This document shows, one piece after another, positions 23,220-33,900 of a stretch of 37,322 nucleotides of DNA (the stretch's first letter is position 1; every line of letters begins with the position of its first letter). The translations under genes and the position numbers were made by a program. The stretch spans positions 1-37,322 of the forward strand of contig JAUCBJ010001143.1 in the NCBI GenBank assembly GCA_032718475.1, in the 5' to 3' direction. A model generated the notes under the pieces. It saw nothing but the letters and a program-made list of their open reading frames with translations, was not told where the DNA came from and did no database searches. Source of the DNA: Nemertoderma westbladi (Eukaryota; Animalia; Xenacoelomorpha).

Positions 23220-23620
23220 ATGACTACAGAACCATTTTATTCATCTAACATTACTTATCTAGACCTACAACACCTATGCTCCTGTCCATCTAATCACCAA
23301 AACCACATACTACTAGCTGGGGACTCGCATTTCCGGAGCTTCACTGATCACTACAATTTCTGAACTGGCACCTACTGCTAATATCACTTATTACAAACCA
23401 CCTAATACTAAGAACTACATACAAACTCTACGCCAGTTCCAACATCTAACTAACTATTACCATAGTTCTGCTGTCCCTAATCCATGCCCAACATTCTTGC
23501 TTGTCGGGGGCAATGACCTTTACAACAGTGTGGAGATACATCTGAAATTGCAGGCCGCCACCAGCATCACTGCATTCCACACTGTTACAAGATCAAGCAT
23601 CGTTTGCCTGGAAGCTTAAG
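23220..23620 (+). pseudogene. SGNH/GDSL-hydrolase-like relic (copy 1)
   Basis: ATG at 23220 gives ..LCSCPSNHQNHILLAGDSHFRS (block I, 23319-23330). A shifted frame gives TFLLVGGNDLY (block III, 23506-23517). Not in the ORF track. Confidence 0.75.
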
Positions 23621-23686
23621 CACTCATGTAAGTGCCGGGGATTTTATTAAAATATATAGTCTTTCAATAGAATATATATATATGGT

Positions 23687-25037
23687 CTAGATAGATCTAT
23701 ATTGGAATATAGATCCTTCCGCTTCGTGTATTCGTTCCTCCTCTTCCAGTTCGCTTTTTAGTTTCTCCTCTTCCAGTTCACGTTTTCGTTTTTCCTCTTC
23801 CAGTTCGCGTTTTCGTTTTCGTTCCTCCCCTTCCGCCTCCAGTTTGCGTCTCTTTTTCTCAGCTTCATATTCTCGTTGCGAGCGTTCATCCTCAGCATGA
23901 TGATCCTGTAATATATTTTTGTTTTTCTCTAGGTCCCGATCCATTATCGATCTTCGTTGATATTCTGTTTCCATTTCGCTATGGATATCCTTTAGGATCT
24001 CTTTAGTTGTGGGGCTAGTGGGGGGATGACCACGATGTCTTCTTATTAATTCTTCCTCTCCCACTGCTTTGATATACATTTTGAGGTGTTTGCGGATCGC
24101 ATTTTCTTGTCCCGTTTGAGTTTCGGGTTCAGTTTGAGTATATCCTTCAATATCTCGGGCATCGATCAGAGATGGATGGTCAGAATCCAGAGTTTCAGGA
24201 CGAGGGGATTCGCCTTGGAAGGAGAGACAAGTATGCACTGACAAAGCGAATTTTACTATGTTTTCACTGGCTGCAGTCTCTATCACTGCAGCTCCAGTCT
24301 GAACGGTGGACTGATAGAAGGCGGAGAGGATTATCTGGATACGGATTATTCTCTCCTTAATGTCATAGAAGAGTGAAGGGGATTGTCTACGTTTGGGTCC
24401 CGTAAGGCGGTTTCAAAACTGGCGATTTGCTTAGCAAAACCAGCCTGAAATCCCCTTAGGGTCCTTCCCACTTTGGTTAAGGTCTGTGGGATCAGCTGGT
24501 ACCTTCAATGCTGTCAGTTCATCAGAAGTGGCAGAATGTAGTAGTGGAAAAAACTTATCCAATGCTGGATAATTATAATATCGCAATACAGCCTGTTGCA
24601 TCTCCGTGACGTATTTGAGCTTTAGACCCTTTTTCGGTGGCCCTGTAATTGTCAATGGCCCTTAGTAGGCCAATTAATAAACCTGGGGAAGGGGCCATAA
24701 GTGGGTCCATTCCTGACGACAGGTTTAAACCTGTGTCTGTGTCGACTTCTGTCTGGTCTAAGTCGGAGGTCGCAGTCACTCGCGGTTGGTCAGATTGTGA
24801 TTCGAGGCCAGTAGTGGGTTGGTTAGTTCTGGTGACGGGGGGATGGTCGATTTAGGTTTGAGGGCATAATGGGGTTACCTGTCGAGTTGAACTGGAATAT
24901 TCTGGTTCGGGCAATTCTCTAGTCGGAGATCTGTCCGGGTCGGAATGAATTGGTATCGCAGTTACGTCAAGGTTAGAGGTGTGGTCGCTAAGAGAACTGT
25001 GTGAGGCACTCTTGTTGATACTTGAACGATAAGACAT
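23687..25037 (-). pseudogene. Disrupted ~450-codon ORF of unknown function with a charged coiled-coil C-terminus
   Basis: ORFs 24852..25037, 24573..24779, 24431..24655 and 23687..24286 tile one strand through stops and frameshifts. KRKRELEEE repeats; AATAAA on the minus strand at 23643-23648. Confidence 0.5.
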
Positions 25038-25211
25038 TTTGTTAGATTTTATTTTGAAGAGATTGTATTTTATTAACCCTTTAAATAATTATTATGCCTT
25101 CCCTTTATTATTTGTTGATACTTGAACGATAAGACATTTTGTTAGGTTTTATTTTGAAGAGATTGTATTTTATTAACCCTTTAAATAATTATTATGCCTT
25201 CCCTTTATTAT
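25012..25211. repeat. 100-bp tandem duplication (1 mismatch)
   Basis: Units start at 25012 and 25112 and duplicate the minus-strand ATG and its upstream region. Confidence 0.96.
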
Positions 25212-25672
25212 CGACCGTTTGTTGTAACAACAATAATGTATTACAAATAATTATTACAATTGCACCCAAATAAATAACATGGGATTAATTAGTTAATTCA
25301 GTCCACAAGTTAATCACCGGTAAATAGTAAATATATGACCGGTAATTTATTTGTCAGGAATAATGCCGTGACAAATATTCTGATTCAACGCTTGGTGGGG
25401 GAAGTTATTAGGTTTAACACACTACAATTTTGGAAAAATTACTTGCAATATGATTTGTCATGAGTGAATTCCCAATAATATTAGCTGCTTTCCTGCAATC
25501 CGGCATCGACCAGAAATCTCCATGATCTAAAAAAATTACAATTTATTAAATATTGCATTAATTAATTTAATTGCATTGAATGATTGATCTAATTAATAGC
25601 TACTTAAATCAGCCATTTTCTTTTTGCTGGATAATTGAATATATTTCATATAAATTTTCTAAATTTTTAAAT

Positions 25673-25702
25673 TTTCTATATAAATGGAATGGCATATCAT
25701 AT
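25673..25702 (+). promoter_or_regulatory. TATA-box motif shared with the paralogue at 27565-27594
   Basis: tttctatataaatggaatggcatatcatat versus tttctatataaacggaatgcagtatcatat; each lies about 100 bp upstream of an SGNH ATG. Confidence 0.65.
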
Positions 25703-25771
25703 TAACCGACAATTACCCAATCACCCCCAATATATTGCTATACTATCATTTATTGCTATCTATACATTGCA

Positions 25772-26343
25772 ATGTCTCAATCGGTCCATGTTTGCAGCCA
25801 TCTGCGCATCCACGTAATCAGAATCATGGGTTCATCTCACCCAGCTATAGACTCTTCGGGTTTCTTGGCCATAATGATTGCAGTGTTGATTGTAACTTTG
25901 GCCTGCATCCAGCAGTTGCTCGAGTTCACTTTCAGCTGTGATGAGACATTGGGAGAAGAAACCCTGTATCATTGCTATAATGTTTGGAGGCAACGATCTG
26001 TGTGTGAGAAACAGATTTTGTTGTCACCAAATTGAAGGCAATGATTACAGAATATTCATCCAATGAGGCCTCCTCCGATTTATGGGCACAAATCGTCCCG
26101 CGGTCAATGCGCCTGAAGAGAATACCTGTGGACCCCGATTTTGATTCGGCGTGTGGCTACAAACAGCAGGATGGCGGCGTGGCTGAGGTAATACGAATAC
26201 GGCCGCATCATAACCATGAAAGGTGCTCTATGCCATCGGCTGCAGGGAGGAGCCTTGCTTACTCTGATGGCACACACCTTAGTGATGTCGGACAGTGCAA
26301 GTTGTATTGCACTATCCAGCATGCTCTACCTGCTGTGGTGTAG
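25772..26343 (+). pseudogene. SGNH-hydrolase-like gene with frameshifts (copy 2)
   Basis: IRIMGSSH (block I); WEKKPCIIAIMFGGNDLC (block III, other frame near 25986); ETDFVVTKLKAMITEYSSN..AQIVPR; SDGTHLSDVG (block V). Confidence 0.85.
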
Positions 26344-26372
26344 CGCCCACATTAAGTCCTAACAACCCAAAC

Positions 26373-26388
26373 GGCCCTTTTAAGGGCC
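26373..26388 (+). terminator. Canonical histone-mRNA-type 3' stem-loop
   Basis: cccaaac-GGCCCT-TTTA-AGGGCC-aatc: 6-bp stem, 4-nt loop, A/C-rich 5' flank, 29 nt after the TAG. Confidence 0.8.
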
Positions 26389-26538
26389 AATCTACTTGCT
26401 GTGGTTAGTGCCCACAGTAATTCCTATTTCTGAGTGGCTCTTTTAAATAAGGGCCCCACAATCAAATAATGAAAATAGCAGACAACTTACCGCAGAAAAC
26501 CGTGTGTGGGAGTGTGGGTCTGTGTATGTGGGGGTAGC

Positions 26539-26773
26539 AAAAAAAAGCAAACAGTCGGCCGAAGCCGGAGGCGACCCGAAGGCTCCTCTTTCGATAGCTG
26601 CTACCCGAGGGTAGGGGTGGGCGCTACTCCTATCCCAAGATTTGCTCCCAGTTATTTAACTGGTACTCATTTTATCGACCCCAGTGGATTAAAGGCTGAG
26701 TGGACCCTGGTGGGGCTGAACATACAACCAATAGATTGCAGGCCTGGTGCTCAACCAACTGAGCTACCCCGCC
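26539..26773 (-). mobile_element. Full-length tRNA-derived SINE, second copy
   Basis: Its reverse complement aligns end to end with 20596-20829. atgtgggggtag flanks it at 26526-26537 and 26795-26806. Confidence 0.93.
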
Positions 26774-26839
26774 TTCAATGTTCTGTCTACCCCCATGTGG
26801 GGGTAGACAGAGTTAATTGATGGTTAGATTAGAACAGAG

Positions 26840-26936
26840 TGGATGGGTGGGGTTGGTAAGTGGGGGGGCAGAGCGTGAGGGTGTGGGGTGGGAGGTGAGG
26901 GTGAGACATGAGGGTGGGGGCTGGGGTTGTGGGTGA
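26840..26936 (+). other. G-rich tract with G-quadruplex potential
   Basis: More than ten runs of three or more G in about 100 bp. Confidence 0.6.
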
Positions 26937-27030
26937 GAATTTTAGACAGGTAAATTACGTTATGATTACTGATGAAGGAGGATCTATATCTATAAACAGT
27001 AAAAGGCACTCATGGTCAAGCAGAAACCCA

Positions 27031-27265
27031 CCAAGCTGTAACACACTCATGACCAAGATGAAACTCACTCATGACCGAGCTCTATCCCAGTTGTGACCAA
27101 GCGGTTACCTATTCATGACTGAGCTGTAACTCACTTGTGACCAAGCTGTAATTAACTTGCGACACAGCAGTAACAAACTTGTGACCGAGCTGTAACTCAC
27201 TTGTTACCGAGCTGTAACTCACTTGTTACCAAGCTGTGACCCTTTCATGACAGACCTGTAACTCA
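27031..27265. repeat. Degenerate 22-bp minisatellite, ~11 copies (ccRagctgtaactcacttgtga)
   Basis: Directly visible. Confidence 0.92.
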
Positions 27266-27564
27266 TATATATACCTCACTAAGCTAGATGTAGTAAGCCA
27301 ATCACAGCCCACCAGAAATTTAGGGAATACAGTAGTACCAGTACCTACAGTTGTAATATTGCAATCTAAAAACCAATGACTAGGCCTCGTTAAGCTCCAA
27401 ATCATTACCATATATGGTATTATTATTAGATTGGGAGGTGTGCTATTAACAGCCTTCAAGCAAAGAAATACATTACCAAACAATATCAAAAACTAATTAT
27501 CACATTTATTATGTAACAACATACAGTGAATTATCAGCTGCTATACCAACAGTATGGTATAACA

Positions 27565-27594
27565 TTTCTATATAAACGGAATGCAGTATCATAT
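27565..27594 (+). promoter_or_regulatory. TATA-box motif of SGNH copy 3
   Basis: Homologous to 25673-25702. Confidence 0.65.
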
Positions 27595-27672
27595 ACTTCG
27601 ACACTTAATCGACTATATAATTCTATATAATTCCAGTTATTATTACTAATAATATATATAATATTCTACAAA

Positions 27673-28326
27673 ATGACCCACACTTATCGTTCCCCCCTTG
27701 TCAATCCATCTTGCGTTTGTCATTACGACTTACGATTATGTCATTACATACACGAGATTAATATATTTTGGTCTTCCCATGCTGTTCATCTATCGAGCTT
27801 TGTAAACAGTCAAACAGAATGCAACTTCGCGAATGTTATGTTCCAGCCGTGCGCTGGGGTAACATTTGTGGACCACAATACCCATGAGATTATCCAACAA
27901 TGGCAGAATAAACCCTGCATCACTGTTATATTATTTGGAACCAATGATCTCTGTACTAACGATACAGATTTTGTTGTCTCCAAATTACAAACTATGGTGC
28001 AAGCTTATTCTGACAATGGATCCTCCTAGGTATTGTTGGCTCAAATGTTCCCCAGAGCGATACAGAGATGGGGCAGACCTGTCGACATTGATTACAATGT
28101 CAGGTGGAAGGCTGTCAATGGGAGGATGATGGCGTGGTTAAACAGATCATACTATAGATCCGCTATTGGGATTGGTGGCACATTAAGTCAGCAAGTTGAG
28201 GGCGGAAACGTCCTTGACTCGCGTGGTGTGGTATACATCTATCCGCCATTAGCCAAGGCAAGTTATAAGCCACACTACACCACGGACTGTTCACAGCTGT
28301 TAAATACTCGGAGACTCTTGTTCTAG
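27673..28326 (+). pseudogene. SGNH-hydrolase-like gene with stops and a frameshift (copy 3)
   Basis: INIFWSSH; WQNKPCITVILFGTNDLC..DTDFVVSKLQTMV; in-frame TAG at 28027; AQMFPR..VNGRM; shifted frame GIHLSAISQGKL*ATLHHGL. Collinear with copy 2. Confidence 0.88.
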
Positions 28327-29268
28327 AGATCAGATCCAATATTGCTCGATCCGTTTCCAACCACGCCTTTCTAGGTCTGGAATTTGTGGAGCAAATGACA
28401 TTGCCACGGACACCACGGTAATATACAGAGGACGTATAGGACTGCATGTGGGGGGCGACGACTGTACCATGTGACGAGTCTCTGATCCAATGGCAAAATT
28501 GCACGACACGGGACAGGGGTGGTACCAATACCACAATTACAGTTTGCCATTGGCTCATCCTAATGACGCCTTTTACTGAACTTAATACTGACAACACTAT
28601 GTTAGAGACTTTAGTTTGGATACTTTGTCATTCCTCACTGACACACCGAATTTTATTTACACTAGTAGATAGGAACCTGACAGCCAAGACGTTACTGACA
28701 GAGGTGATGGGGGATCTAAAAACAGTGGTTAAACACAAACTGACACATTCAACAGACTAATTAATTCAGTGTAAACTGACCTACGAAAGGCCTACGTATA
28801 AGGCCTACGTATAAGAATGCTACTAAAACAGTGGCACAGTGGAATAAGAGTAACATCAGTACAGTATTTGAGGTGTGAAAGTACTATGAGCGCTATTAAA
28901 ATTAAACTAACTAATTAAATTAAATTAATTAAACTACAAGATACGAGTTGTGAATCATACCAGTAACTACTGGGTAAAACTGAGTTATGAGTTCACAACC
29001 CAAAGAGACTTAAATGAATGTGTGAAGTACAGGTACATGGTTTAGATAGAAAGATCAAAGTATCAATAGAGGAACCAGTGGCCAAACCAAGGGGGTATCA
29101 TGTGGTTGTGCAATCTATCAGTTTTTACTTTACTTTACTTGCCGTTTTTCTTACTGGTTTTCTTCCCATTTCTTTATTATTAGTTTTTACATTCTTATTT
29201 TATCACCAGTTTTTAAATGCCTTTTTTTACCTGGTTTTTACTATTCATTTTTTCTTTGTTACCTATAA

Positions 29269-30056
29269 AAGTTTTGACTTTTCTTTTTAATCACCATGAT
29301 TTACTTGCCTTTTTCTTACTGGTTTTTATTATCTTTTTCTTCAATACCAGTTTTTAATTGCCTTTTTTTTCGCTATAGCTATAGTACTGTAGCTATGTTA
29401 AATCATGGAAACTGGGCTTTAGATTAGATAAATTAATTATTATGATTAATTAATAATTAGATTAGATTAATTTAAAGTACCACAAGAGTCACAAGACCAC
29501 GGTGGGTGGTCTGGGTGGTTGGGTGCTTTCCAGTGCACAATTCCACTGCTTCCAAACCACATAACTGGTGGCTTAACAGCCAAAGTACTGGCCTACTATG
29601 TACTGAACTGATATAGCATAGAAGCTACAGGTAGACAGGCCTATGTTTACAAAGTACTTATGCTTACACCTAAAATCAAAGCAATTAATTAATATAAATA
29701 CGGTTAGAGTATGCTACATTTGCTTCCTGCCTTGCAAAAACTATGAAGAAAAGTGGTCCGATCATGCGATTGATCTACATTCAGACCATTAGCTATCTAT
29801 ATATAAAATAACGCAATACCCAAACCCAGAACAGTAATAATGTACATAATATTGTTGTTGGTTTGCTTATAGGCAGTGCAGGCATAACATGTAACCAAAT
29901 GATAGCCAAGAGTTTAGCCAATCAATGAAGGCCGCTGTAAAAGCTATCTGCTGGTGAGTCATTAGTAGCAGAGTGGAATTATTTGGTGTAACCATCGAAA
30001 TTCATAGGCCCTTCATGAAGGTAGAGAAGTTAACTAATATTGGTTAGATGTCATAC
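29269..30056 (+). repeat. Second copy of dispersed blocks A (29269-29372) and B (29536-30056)
   Basis: Same order and orientation as at 7388-8687, with a different spacer. Confidence 0.88.
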
Positions 30057-30310
30057 AGATGTCAAAACAGATATCATACTAGCCAATGGCTAGTAGCCAT
30101 TAGCCAACCAGACCAGACAAGCAGTCCTGACTGACTGACAGATACCAGACAGTAGGGATGCAACAGAGCTCCGGTTCCGGAAATCCGGAGCTCCGGCTAA
30201 ATTTTCTAGCTCTGGTTCCAGCTCCGGGCAAATCCATCCGGAGCCAATCCGGAGCTTCTGTTGTTAAAATTTCAATTAAAATAATTATTTTTTTAAATAG
30301 TATAAAAAAC

Positions 30311-31995
30311 ACAAGGGTCATAAACGCTGAATAGTGCCCTTTTCACACAATGGTGTCTGTAATATTAATGAAATCAATATCCTTGTTATGCAAATATTTG
30401 CAGTTTTACAAGGAGACAGCTTGAGCCCTTTCATGTTCGTAATTTTTATTTACGATATTGTGAAGTTTATACGTGATATTACCGTCAAGATTGGGGAATT
30501 ATTTATATTATTATTTGCGGATGATTTGCTATTTTATGGCGACTCCCGTGAGGTAGTGCAAGCTGGTTTAAATGCAACTGCTAATTGGGCCCGGGAAAAC
30601 GGTCTTGAAGTAAATCTTACAAAGACTTCCGTAATGAAATTTAGGAGAGGTGGCCGACTGTCCGCTCAGGATAAATTTTTCTACAACGGAAACGAGGTGA
30701 AAATAGAAAAGTCTTATAAATATTTGGGAGTCACATTTCAATCATCCTTGAAATTCACAAAGCGCATAAATATAATAGTCCAAATCACTTTCCACAATAC
30801 GGTCAATTCAGAAACCACATCTACTATCTATTAGCACAGCTAAAAAGCTTTTTTCCTTAAAAGTAACACCGATAGTTATGTATGGACTTCGCGAAATTTG
30901 GCCTTTCTTGTCAGTCAACAACCTTCATAGTATCGATAAAATCAAAGCTGCTTTCCTCAAAAGAGTACTTTCAGTTCACAAATCGTCTAGGAATCGGCTA
31001 GTTCACGCTCTCTGTGATTCGCGAAATCTTTCTATGGTACTTAAAGGTCAACTAAATTTAACAGACACTGATGTATTCAAAAAATACTCCGCTGAAGTAG
31101 AAGACAAAACTCGTGAAATCCCAGTAGAGTTCTGGAACAGTATCGCGTTCATAAATCGCAGTTGGACAATCGCAAATTGTCGTAAGAGGCACACCATAAC
31201 CCGCTTTGCTCTTCATGGTTTCCATTTCCGAATTTGTACATTCAGACCCACAGAATTTCATGAGGCGGGGAATGACTGTGTATGTAGTCTCTGCGGGAGG
31301 CCGGCGGACACTTACCATCTCCTTAGTTGCCCGAGCAACCACCACCCCCTTTCGTACTGGGCCAACAATCTCTGATTTAAAATTGTTTTATAACTGTGTA
31401 AATATTTTATTATTTATGTATAGTATATTTGGATTTTACTGCTTGCTTGCTTAATGCTTATATAGTTTTACAATTGTACCATTATTTTGGTTTAATAAAT
31501 AACACATATTTGCAGTAAAAACAGCAGTACGGTAAATATTCTTACGCTTAGCCTGCAATGGCTATCATCAAGTTTTTGATCCGAATATCCCCCAAAATCG
31601 GGAGAAAAAGAAGCACTTTTTCCCATAGGGAAATAAGTATCCCATAGGATTGAATTGAATTTAATTTTTTTCACGGAGAAAAAAGCAACATAATGAAAAT
31701 GAGAAAATGTGAAAATAATTTTGGTGGAATTTCTTAAATTGTATTACATGAATCAAAAGTGCATTGATGTAAAAAAAGTTAGCATGCAATTTCAGCAAAA
31801 TCCGTGCGCACACTCAAAAGTTATTGTAACTTTCAGTGTTTGCAAGAAATGTTTGGTTAGAGCGCCAAAACGCTAAACATTACAATACTAAAGCTAAAAA
31901 TTAAGCATTCAGAACGCCGATAAGTTGACATAATGTAACAAAATCACGTACACCATTGTGTTGAATGGACACTATTCATCGTTTATGACCCTTGT
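30311..31995. mobile_element. Nested TIR element (Tc1/mariner-like, non-autonomous)
   Basis: 46-bp imperfect inverted repeats acaagggtcataaacg(c/a)tgaatagtg..acacaatggtgt at 30311-30356 and 31950-31995. Confidence 0.8.
30405..31505 (+). mobile_element. 5'-truncated LINE (RT plus C-terminal CCHC; RTEX/L2-like)
   Basis: LQGDSLSPFMF, FADDL, VNLTKT, YKYLG; frameshift to YG..IW..FLKRVL..CSLCG..HLLSCP; aataaa tail. 11-bp TSD atatttgcagt at 30394-30404 and 31506-31516. Confidence 0.93.
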
Positions 31996-32823
31996 ATATT
32001 TATGTAAGCCTCCATCGTTGCGATCACTCGGTACATAAATACACTCGGGTCTTAACTAACAGTGTGTCCCAGTTTTCCCACAATAAAGTAAATAGTATTT
32101 AGTATTATTATTTGGGTTCATCACAGTTAGCCATTAGGTGGTGCATTGTTGTGCAGCTGTCCTTAAGTTTCTCCCTTAGAATCAACATTTCGCTAAGTAT
32201 TTGCGTGGCGACAATGAAGAGATCTAATGACAGGACTTAATGACACAGGAATTATTGTCATTCAGAGTTAGACGAAATAATTTGGGAAAGGGGAATAAAA
32301 TACGCTCCTATTACCCAATGCAACATGCCGACCTCTAAAACAACATTAATTTAAGCCCAAACATTCGTCTGTCTGTATGCTGTACATTGGAATTATCAAT
32401 TCACCAAAGCTCCGGCTCTGGTTCCAGCCGGAGCTCACATTGTTACCCGGAGAAACCTCCGGGCTCCGGCTCCGGATAAAATTTTAGCTCTGTTGCATCC
32501 CTACCAGACAGGAAGCTAGATAAACAGTCAGACCTGACAGACACACAGCTAGACAACGTTAATATTTATAGAGATGTATTTTTATTTTCAGTTTGAGTCC
32601 GATCAATCGCCCTCAATCAATATTCAACTGCCGGCGACAGAAACGTATAGAGTGGACTCCCTGATCCAACCAAAGACTGGTTGATGTCTTCCGGGACGAG
32701 ATTAAGGGGGCAAGGATGCCTAGAAACAGCTATAAGATAGCGAAAGTTGGGCAGCTTTTCCAGGGAAGAGCAAAAAGCAAATATAGGCCCGTTTAAATAC
32801 TATAAAATAGTACCGGAAACGCT

Positions 32824-33382
32824 AACTTTCTTTATTTGTCAATAAAGACAGAATTCATCAGAAATACCACTGATTCCCTTTATATAATTATTAGAAGTTT
32901 CGCTGGCCTTCCAGAATGTTTCACAGTCCTATGATAGGGGTGATAGCCTAGTTTTCCAAGGTCGTTTCAGGTTGTCATCCTGGCAACTTCGGGCGTTGCA
33001 ATTTTGTGCTTGTAATTTAGTAATTTTGTGTAATATTTTTCAATGATTTGCATTTTTAATAAACCATAAATTTCTCAATCATTAATATTTTGATAAATCA
33101 TTGTCGACTTTTAATCGATCTTGTACTTTTGTAAAAATTGTGCTTTGTGTCCTTCCGTGTTAATTATTTTTGTTTGTTTCTGTAATGATATGATCAAAAC
33201 ATTATAAAATACCAACTTTCTTTATTTGTCAATAAAGAGCAGAAATACCACTGATTCCCTTTATATAACTATTAGAAGTTTCGTTGGCCTTCCAGAATGT
33301 TTACAGTCCTATGATAGGGAGGGGTGATAGTTTTCCAAGGTCGTTTCAGGTTGTCAACTTGGCAACTTCGGGCGTATCAATT
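32824..33382 (+). repeat. Pair of ~175-bp direct repeats (32824-33002 and 33214-33382)
   Basis: aactttctttatttgtcaataaaga...tggcaacttcgggcgt is shared with small indels. Confidence 0.92.
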
Positions 33383-33900
33383 AGGCAAATAGGCATTACC
33401 GACTGTGAAAACTGAAACTGTGAACGTCGTGATTTACGGAGCCTCCTCTGAAAGAAATTAGATGTAATTCTTAAAACTTTCTAAACTTTTTGTTTGAAAA
33501 ATTAAGATAATTAGTGACTTTCAAACATTGAGCCAGATGGACAGACGGACAATTCTCACAAACTAAATTCACAGACTACGTGGCTCGCCCCACAAACAGA
33601 TTAATTAATTAAACTATCGGTATGAAACACAATATGGTTAACTTCAAGTTGAAACACATGGTAGTATTGTTTACATCAAGGTACCATATGGTCATTGGCT
33701 TATTTTTTAAGTTTAGTCGTTTTTTAGGAATTGATTTGAATTTTTTTTGTTCACATTTAAATAATGACCTTTGTTATCCTGCATTTTGATGCCTGCTATA
33801 CGATTATAAGTTAAAAAGAAGCTTCATAACAGCTTTCCAAATAGTGACCATAATGGTTCGTGTTGGATACATGTATATATATTTATATATATATATACTA

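Larger units (their letters stand above)
30153..32503. mobile_element. Non-autonomous hAT (Ac-like) element
   Basis: Perfect 18-bp TIRs tagggatgcaacagagct / agctctgttgcatcccta, 8-bp TSD ccagacag (30145-30152 and 32504-32511), and many subterminal tccgg/ccgga motifs. Confidence 0.96.

Noticed and set aside
25772-26343. Histone gene upstream of the stem-loop
   Set aside because: No histone-fold or H1-like sequence recognised; the motifs are SGNH-type.
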